NCBI GenBank assembly: GCA_021788365.1 | Contig: JAJYKS010000006.1 | Coordinates: 1-62,682, forward strand | Length of the DNA stretch: 62,682 nucleotides | Direction: 5' to 3' | Source of the DNA: a bacterium | GTDB lineage: Bacteria > Patescibacteriota > Microgenomatia > UBA1400 > UBA12108 | In this document: positions 56,947 through 62,682 of the stretch, piece by piece | Layout: every line of letters begins with the position of its first letter | How positions within the stretch are numbered: position 1 is the first letter of the stretch | Program-made: the position numbers and the translations under genes | The notes under the pieces: model-generated | Told to the model about the DNA's origin: nothing | The model's input: only the letters and a program-made list of their open reading frames with translations | Databases searched by the model: none

Positions 56947-58194
56947 ATGAAACCCATGCAAAAACAAAATTTACAGACACTCAAAGGTTTTCGCGATTTT
57001 CTCCCCCAGGAAAAGCGCATCCGCGACGTGGTCTCGGAAAAGATTCGCCGTACATTCGAGCGCTACGGCTTCGAGCCGCTCGAGACCCCAACGCTCGAGT
57101 ACGCCGACCTGCTGCTCGGTAAATACGGCAACGAGGCCGACAAGCTCGTCTACCGCTTCACCGACCGAGGCGGGCGTGACATCGCCCTTCGCTACGACCA
57201 GACGGTCCCGACAGCCCGCGTCCTCGCCCAAAACCAAGATAAACTGGGGGTTGGCTTCCGCCGCTACCAAATCCAAAATGTCTTCCGCGCCGACAAGCCA
57301 CAGAGGGGCCGCTACCGCGAATTCACCCAGTGCGACGCCGATATTTTTGGCATCTCGTCTCCCCTCGCCGACGCCGAGATCTTGGCCGTCTACTACAATA
57401 TTTACAAAGATCTTGGCCTATCCGACATAAAAATTTATTTAAATGATCGGGAAACTCTAATTACAACGCTCTCTCCCTTTACCACCTCTACGGTCGATGT
57501 TTTCTCGCTAATCCAGTCTATAGACAAGTTAGACAAAATGGACAGAAATAACGTAGAAGCAGAACTTGTCGAAAAAGGAATTACAGCACGTAACGCAACC
57601 ATGGTGCTGAACTCCATACTCAGCGCAACTGCAAGTGCAAGTCTTCTCGAAATAACGGTTGCTGCAGAGTACTTAGGAATTCCAAAAGAAGTGGTTGTTT
57701 TTAGTCCCACGCTCGCCCGCGGCCTCGACTACTACACCGGCATGATTTTCGAGGGCAAGGTTCCGGGAGAGTCCGGCTCGGTCGGCGGTGGCGGCCGCTA
57801 CGATCGTCTCATCGAAAGCATTGGTGGCCCCGCAATCCCCGCTGTCGGCTTCGGCCTAGGTTTCGATCGCACAGTCGAAGTGCTGGTCGCAAAAGGTCTG
57901 GTCACACCGAGCGCGGCAACTCGCGCCCTGGTCACCATCTTTGCCCCAAACCTACAGGATAAAGCCTTGCAAGCTGCCCGTGCGCTCCGCGAAGCCGGCG
58001 TAAATACCGAGCTCTACCCAGATAGTTCTGCCAAGCTCGAGAAACAGCTCAAATACGCGGACAAAAAAGGCATCCCCTACGCCATTGTGATCGGCGAGGA
58101 CGAGGCCGGGAAAGGCGTCGTCACGGTGAAGAACCTCGCCACGCGACAACAGCAAACGGTTTCGCTTGACGAAGCGGCAAGTCTCCTGCAATAG
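56947..58194 (+). CDS. hisS: Histidyl-tRNA synthetase
   Basis: KGFRDF, LRYDQTVP, GRYREFTQCD, RGLDYYTG, GFGLGFDR, KQLKYADK. Confidence 0.99.
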   Translation: MKPMQKQNLQTLKGFRDFLPQEKRIRDVVSEKIRRTFERYGFEPLETPTLEYADLLLGKYGNEADKLVYRFTDRGGRDIALRYDQTVPTARVLAQNQDKLGVGFRRYQIQNVFRADKPQRGRYREFTQCDADIFGISSPLADAEILAVYYNIYKDLGLSDIKIYLNDRETLITTLSPFTTSTVDVFSLIQSIDKLDKMDRNNVEAELVEKGITARNATMVLNSILSATASASLLEITVAAEYLGIPKEVVVFSPTLARGLDYYTGMIFEGKVPGESGSVGGGGRYDRLIESIGGPAIPAVGFGLGFDRTVEVLVAKGLVTPSAATRALVTIFAPNLQDKALQAARALREAGVNTELYPDSSAKLEKQLKYADKKGIPYAIVIGEDEAGKGVVTVKNLATRQQQTVSLDEAASLLQ

Positions 58195-58201
58195 TAAAAG
58201 G

Positions 58202-59125
58202 ATGTCTCGCTCCCGCCGCTTGGCCTATCTCGCCCTCGTGGTAAACGCAGTGATCTGGGGTGCCGCGTTCCCCATAATCAAGCCGTCACTTTCGTTTATC
58301 TCGCCGCTCCAGTATCTCTACCTTCGTTATCTGGTAGCGAGTATCTTCGGCATCCCTATCGTTGTCTATTTTTATATCAAAAGTAGACCAAAGATATCTT
58401 ATATCATCAAAGTATTACTTATAGAATCTATCCAACTCATCTCACTTCCCCTGCTCTACATCGGGCTCGCGAGAACAAGCGCGCTTGACGCCTCGCTTAT
58501 TGGAGCCACAGGACCAGTGTTTGTTGTCCTCGGTGGTTTTATCTTTCTCCATGAACACGAGCGTAAACGCGAGTGGCAGGGCATGGTTATCTCACTTTTA
58601 GGGTCAATTGCCCTTGTTGTAGGTCCACTCCTAGATGGCCATGGTTTTGACCCGGGATCCTTCTCTGGCAACACGGCAATCATTGCCTATAACGTACTCT
58701 ATACAGTCTACGCCCTGACCGCCAAACACTTTTACAAACAGCGCCCACCGCTATATCTTGGCTCGATAATTTATCTGTTGGCGTCCGTCATGTACGGCTC
58801 TTGGCTGTACATAGGTGGAACGCTACCCCCACTCACACTGCTTATGGCAAACCGTGAGGTAGCACTTGCTGTCTTCTACATGGGACTTCTCGGGTCACTC
58901 CTCGCCTTCGCGCTCTACTTGTATGGTCAAAGCAAAATAGAAGTATCGGAGGCAAACCTCTTTACATACCTAAACGGCGTCGTAGCAATACCCGCAGCTT
59001 TTCTTATTCTCGGCGAGCGCCCCACCTGGTACATGCTTGCGGCTATCGTTGTTGTGGCCTACGGGGTCTGGCGTGCAGAGACTCGCTCCCGCCGCACTTC
59101 TCGAAAAGCCAAAGTGCTGCTATAA
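58202..59125 (+). CDS. DMT/EamA-family transporter
   Basis: [10 protein letters not shown], 10 TM helices in two repeats, ILGER. Confidence 0.92.
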   Translation: MSRSRRLAYLALVVNAVIWGAAFPIIKPSLSFISPLQYLYLRYLVASIFGIPIVVYFYIKSRPKISYIIKVLLIESIQLISLPLLYIGLARTSALDASLIGATGPVFVVLGGFIFLHEHERKREWQGMVISLLGSIALVVGPLLDGHGFDPGSFSGNTAIIAYNVLYTVYALTAKHFYKQRPPLYLGSIIYLLASVMYGSWLYIGGTLPPLTLLMANREVALAVFYMGLLGSLLAFALYLYGQSKIEVSEANLFTYLNGVVAIPAAFLILGERPTWYMLAAIVVVAYGVWRAETRSRRTSRKAKVLL

Positions 59126-59133
59126 TTCTCCCC

Positions 59134-59418
59134 ATGAAAGCCAACATCCATCCAAAATATCAGACTGTTACAATAACCTGCAGTTGCGGCGCCAGTTTTA
59201 CGACCGGCAGTACCAAGGGTGATTTTCCAGTCGATATCTGCAGTAAATGCCACCCATTCTTCACCGGTGAGCAGCGCTTTGTCGACACGCTCGGCCGTGT
59301 TGAGCGTTTCAAGGCCAAACAAACCAGTGCTACAGGCAAAAAAGCTAAAAAAGACCGCAAAACCGCGCAGTCTGGTCCTCGCACACTTTCCGACATTCGC
59401 GCCGCGCAAGGCAAATAG
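59134..59418 (+). CDS. rpmE: 50S ribosomal protein L31
   Basis: [29 protein letters not shown]. Confidence 0.98.
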   Translation: MKANIHPKYQTVTITCSCGASFTTGSTKGDFPVDICSKCHPFFTGEQRFVDTLGRVERFKAKQTSATGKKAKKDRKTAQSGPRTLSDIRAAQGK

Positions 59419-59433
59419 ATTTATACTATTCCT

Positions 59434-60453
59434 ATGGATTACGCCTCGCTCGTATCAGAGTACGACCATCTTGTCGCCGAATCTGCCGATCCGACAAATG
59501 CCGCTCGGCTCGGCGAGATCGGCGAAGCCATCAGTGAACTGGAACCAAAGGTTGGTATTGCTCGAGAACTCGTCTCCCTTGATACTCAAATCGCCGATTC
59601 GACAAGTTTGGCGAATGATCCCGAATTAGGCAAATTAGCCAAGGACGAAGTCGTAGAACTCAAAGAAATACGTGAAGCCAAGCTCGCCGCGCTCCAGGCG
59701 CTCGAATCGAGCCCGGACACCGCCGAAGACAAGCGCCCCGCGATAGTGGAGTTCCGCCCTGGTGCAGGCGGTGAAGAAGCAAAAATCTGGGTAAATGATC
59801 TCTTTCGCATGTATACTCGCTTTGCCGACCTCGTCGGTCTCAAATACGAAACATTGGACGAGGGCACCTACCTCTTCAGCGGTCGCCCCAACGACCCCAC
59901 ACTGCCCCAAGGCGCCTATGGCCTCCTTAAGTGGGAGTCCGGCGTCCACCGGGTGCAGCGCGTGCCGGAGACCGAAGCACAGGGGCGTATCCACACTTCA
60001 ACTGCCAGTGTTGCCGTGCTACCAAAGGTAGACCCGCAGAAGATTACCGTTCGCGACGAAGATTTGGAGTGGCAGTTCTTTCGTGCAGGGGGACACGGTG
60101 GCCAAAACGTGAACAAGGTTAGTACAGCCGTACGTCTCATCCACAAGCCAACCGGCATCACCGTCGTCTCTACCCAAGAGCGATACCAAGAGCGCAATCG
60201 CCAGATCTGTCTGGACTACCTCCGCGCCCAGTTGTGGGAACGGCAGGAAGAGGAGCGGCTCGCCAAACAGAAGAATACCCGCCGCGCGGCGGTTGGCCGC
60301 GGGATGCGTGCGGAAAAGATCAGGACCTACAACTACCCCCAAAATCGCGTCACCGATCATCGGATCGGTGTATCTTGGCACAATCTCGAAGCAATCCTCG
60401 AGGGCAGTCTCACCGAGCTCCTGAAAACCGTCCACATGGAAATGAATAAATAA
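59434..60453 (+). CDS. prfA: Peptide chain release factor 1
   Basis: [14 protein letters not shown] (PxT), [21 protein letters not shown]. Confidence 0.97.
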   Translation: MDYASLVSEYDHLVAESADPTNAARLGEIGEAISELEPKVGIARELVSLDTQIADSTSLANDPELGKLAKDEVVELKEIREAKLAALQALESSPDTAEDKRPAIVEFRPGAGGEEAKIWVNDLFRMYTRFADLVGLKYETLDEGTYLFSGRPNDPTLPQGAYGLLKWESGVHRVQRVPETEAQGRIHTSTASVAVLPKVDPQKITVRDEDLEWQFFRAGGHGGQNVNKVSTAVRLIHKPTGITVVSTQERYQERNRQICLDYLRAQLWERQEEERLAKQKNTRRAAVGRGMRAEKIRTYNYPQNRVTDHRIGVSWHNLEAILEGSLTELLKTVHMEMNK

Positions 60454-60474
60454 AACTAATTACCAAACTCGAAA

Positions 60475-61665
60475 TTACTGAGACTGCGGCTCGGCCTTGA
60501 GAGTTACGGTCAAAGGTATCGTTCCCCCATTGCGGTAGACCGTCACCGCCACCTTGTCCCCTATCTTTTTAGTGAGGAGGAGCTGTGCCAAGCCGCCAGA
60601 TGATTCAGCAACATTCTTTCCGTCAAACGTTGTCACAATATCGCCTTGTTGCACCCCAGCATCGGCGGCAGAGCTACCGGGGACCACAGAGACTACATAG
60701 GCACCAGCCGGCACATTGTTGAGGAGTGCTACATCCTTCGAGATGGATTTATACTGTACCCCAAGGAAGGCACGATCAAACTTACCGGTTGTATTAAAGG
60801 TGTTTAAGGTATCTTTTACCACGTTTATGGGGAGTGCAAAGCCTATGTTCTGCCCTGCCTGTGACACCGCTACGTTCACCCCCACAACTTGTCCCACCGA
60901 GTTTAGAAGTGGTCCTCCAGAATTACCAGGGTTTATGGCTGCGTCAGTCTGAATCACATTGGAGAGTTGCTCCGACATACCGCCCATTGCGTCCCCTGCC
61001 GTTATCCCACGCCCCAAGCCAGATACGACGCCGGTAGTTACCGTATCGCGGAACTCGCCGAGTGCGGTCCCAATGGCGATCACAAACTGTCCCACTTGCA
61101 GGTTATTAGAGTCGCCCATGGCGACAACCGGCAGATTGCTTGCATCTATCTTGAGGATGGCCAGATCGTTTACGGGATCTCGCCAGATTTGCTGCACGGT
61201 ATATGTCTTATTGTCTTTGGTGACTACCTTATACTGGCTGGGACTGCCGGTCGCGACAACGTGTTTGTTGGTCACAATAAGTCCGTCGGCGGCGACTATA
61301 AAACCACTGCCTATGTCTACCGTTTGGGGCGTAGTGTTCTGGCTGCCCTGCTGACCACCAGGAACAGAAAACACGCCAAAGGGATCAAGGAAAAAGGGAG
61401 CTAGGTTTTGCTGTGGCTGCTGTGTCATAGACACGGTAACGACGGCAGGAGATACGTTTTTAGCAACATCGATGACTACGGACTCTTCGGTAAGAACTTT
61501 TTGTTGCAATGCCTGCCCAGTACTTGCTGTCTGCTTTGGTAACACTTTGTCGAGAAACGGCAATGTCCATACTCGGTCGGATACCGCTCCCGACACGAAC
61601 ACTACCATCACAAACACACCCGAGAGTACGCCGATTAAAAATGTCGAAAAACCCGTGCGTTTCAT
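60475..61665 (-). CDS. HtrA/DegP-family serine protease with PDZ
   Basis: GSGFI, TNKHVV, DLAIL, QTDAAINPGNSGGPL. Confidence 0.96.
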   Translation of the reverse strand: MKRTGFSTFLIGVLSGVFVMVVFVSGAVSDRVWTLPFLDKVLPKQTASTGQALQQKVLTEESVVIDVAKNVSPAVVTVSMTQQPQQNLAPFFLDPFGVFSVPGGQQGSQNTTPQTVDIGSGFIVAADGLIVTNKHVVATGSPSQYKVVTKDNKTYTVQQIWRDPVNDLAILKIDASNLPVVAMGDSNNLQVGQFVIAIGTALGEFRDTVTTGVVSGLGRGITAGDAMGGMSEQLSNVIQTDAAINPGNSGGPLLNSVGQVVGVNVAVSQAGQNIGFALPINVVKDTLNTFNTTGKFDRAFLGVQYKSISKDVALLNNVPAGAYVVSVVPGSSAADAGVQQGDIVTTFDGKNVAESSGGLAQLLLTKKIGDKVAVTVYRNGGTIPLTVTLKAEPQSQ

Positions 61666-61725
61666 AGATTAAATATATCATTACCTCGCCGCACTGAAAA
61701 AAAACTGAAACAGATACCTCAAAAC

Positions 61726-61749
61726 ACCAGATCACATACCTGGTATGCA
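61726..61749. repeat. Second copy of the ACCAGATCACATACCWGGTATGCA unit
   Basis: 23/24 identical to 3584-3607. Confidence 0.85.
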
Positions 61750-61752
61750 GTG

Positions 61753-62682
61753 TTACTTTACCAAAAGCTTTACCGCAGCGTCGAGTTGCAGGTCTTTGGC
61801 GGGATCATCTCCTGACGCGACCTTCATATCTGGCGTTATCCCCTCTTTACCAATCCAGCGACCCGATGGCAAGAGCCAGTGGGCGATTGTTACGTGCAAG
61901 CTGGATCCGTCGGGGAGGTCTTGTATTTCCTGTACCGTTCCCTTTCCGAATGACTGCTCGCCTACAATGGTCGCCCGTTTATGATCTTGGAGTGCCCCAG
62001 CAGTTATTTCAGCCGCAGAAGCGGAGCCACCGTTTATAAGAACGGTCATAGGGATAGATAAGAGGCTACCATGACGATTCACCGTATAGGTATCCGTGTT
62101 TGTTCTGCCTTGCTGCTGCACCACGACCCCGCTATCCACAAACTCAGACACAATGTACACAGCCTCATCCAGATATCCACCTGGGTTATCACGAAGGTCA
62201 AGAACCAGTCCATCAACATGGTTCGCCTGTATCTCGGCGATTTTTTGTGCCCACTCGGATTCAGTGTTCCCACCAAACTGGTGCAAAGATAGGTGCGCGA
62301 TGGTCTTACCACCCTGTTTCACATACGAAAGCTCGACAGAAGGCACGGTTATGGTGTCACGGGTAATATCTAGAGGAGTTGTTTTTGTTGCCCCCGTATG
62401 AAGTACTGTCAATGTCACCACGGTCCCCTTATCACCCCTAATATCGGTCACGGCGGTGGGCAAAGTCATATTTGTTGTATCGACATCCAGATTTTTCTTT
62501 GCATCTTTTATGTGCAAAATTAGGTCGCCGGCCTTAATCCCAGCTTTCTCCGCCGGACTACCGGCTATGGGCGAAACTACCGCCAATACACTATCCTTAT
62601 ACCCAAGCTCAATTCCTACACCATAAAAAGAACCGGAAAGGTTTTCATTTGCTTGCTTGTTCTCGTCGGGTGTTAGGTACTG
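61753..62682 (-). CDS. S41 family C-terminal processing protease (CtpA/Prc-like), 5' end beyond window
   Basis: F.GVGIEL, PDZ, DLRDNPGG, SASAAEI, GEQSFGKG; frame open to the window end. Confidence 0.96.
   Translation of the reverse strand, partial: QYLTPDENKQANENLSGSFYGVGIELGYKDSVLAVVSPIAGSPAEKAGIKAGDLILHIKDAKKNLDVDTTNMTLPTAVTDIRGDKGTVVTLTVLHTGATKTTPLDITRDTITVPSVELSYVKQGGKTIAHLSLHQFGGNTESEWAQKIAEIQANHVDGLVLDLRDNPGGYLDEAVYIVSEFVDSGVVVQQQGRTNTDTYTVNRHGSLLSIPMTVLINGGSASAAEITAGALQDHKRATIVGEQSFGKGTVQEIQDLPDGSSLHVTIAHWLLPSGRWIGKEGITPDMKVASGDDPAKDLQLDAAVKLLVK

Overview
A 62.7-kb bacterial chromosome segment, most likely Patescibacteria/CPR (Microgenomates-like). This is an inference from the multi-pilin type IV pilus locus, domain-trimmed ThrRS and PheT, and the absence of amino-acid biosynthesis genes. 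It holds mainly housekeeping genes: thrS, infC-rpmI-rplT, pheST, PBP1A, tyrS, recG, rpmF, nusB, rnc, rpsP, khpA, a full T4P cluster, gyrB-ppa-gyrA, ddl, a murF-like gene, xerC/D, yebC, queA, rluA, lspA/lgt-like genes, tRNA-Leu(CAA), dnaB, hisS, rpmE, prfA, htrA and an S41 protease. The 5' end of an IS200/IS605-type transposase lies at the left edge. The most interesting signals are non-coding or below the ORF cut-off. (1) Classical ribosome-stalling attenuators sit upstream of aminoacyl-tRNA synthetase genes: MKLVIRITTTTTIR before thrS, MSHKENLFFFFTTS before pheST, and a weaker His-containing leader before an M20 peptidase-GNAT-hisS-EamA operon. (2) The promoter architecture is pervasively leaderless (-10 box 6-8 nt before ATG), including infC, and a tRNA has a similar layout. 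(3) A ~116-bp dispersed element occurs twice, and 6 of its 8 core differences are compensatory base-pair changes. (4) Palindromic and heptamer repeats are inserted in frame into queA, rluA and prepilin leaders. (5) ahpC is frameshifted by a 34-nt tandem duplication. All structures were read by eye; no folding or database searches were run.
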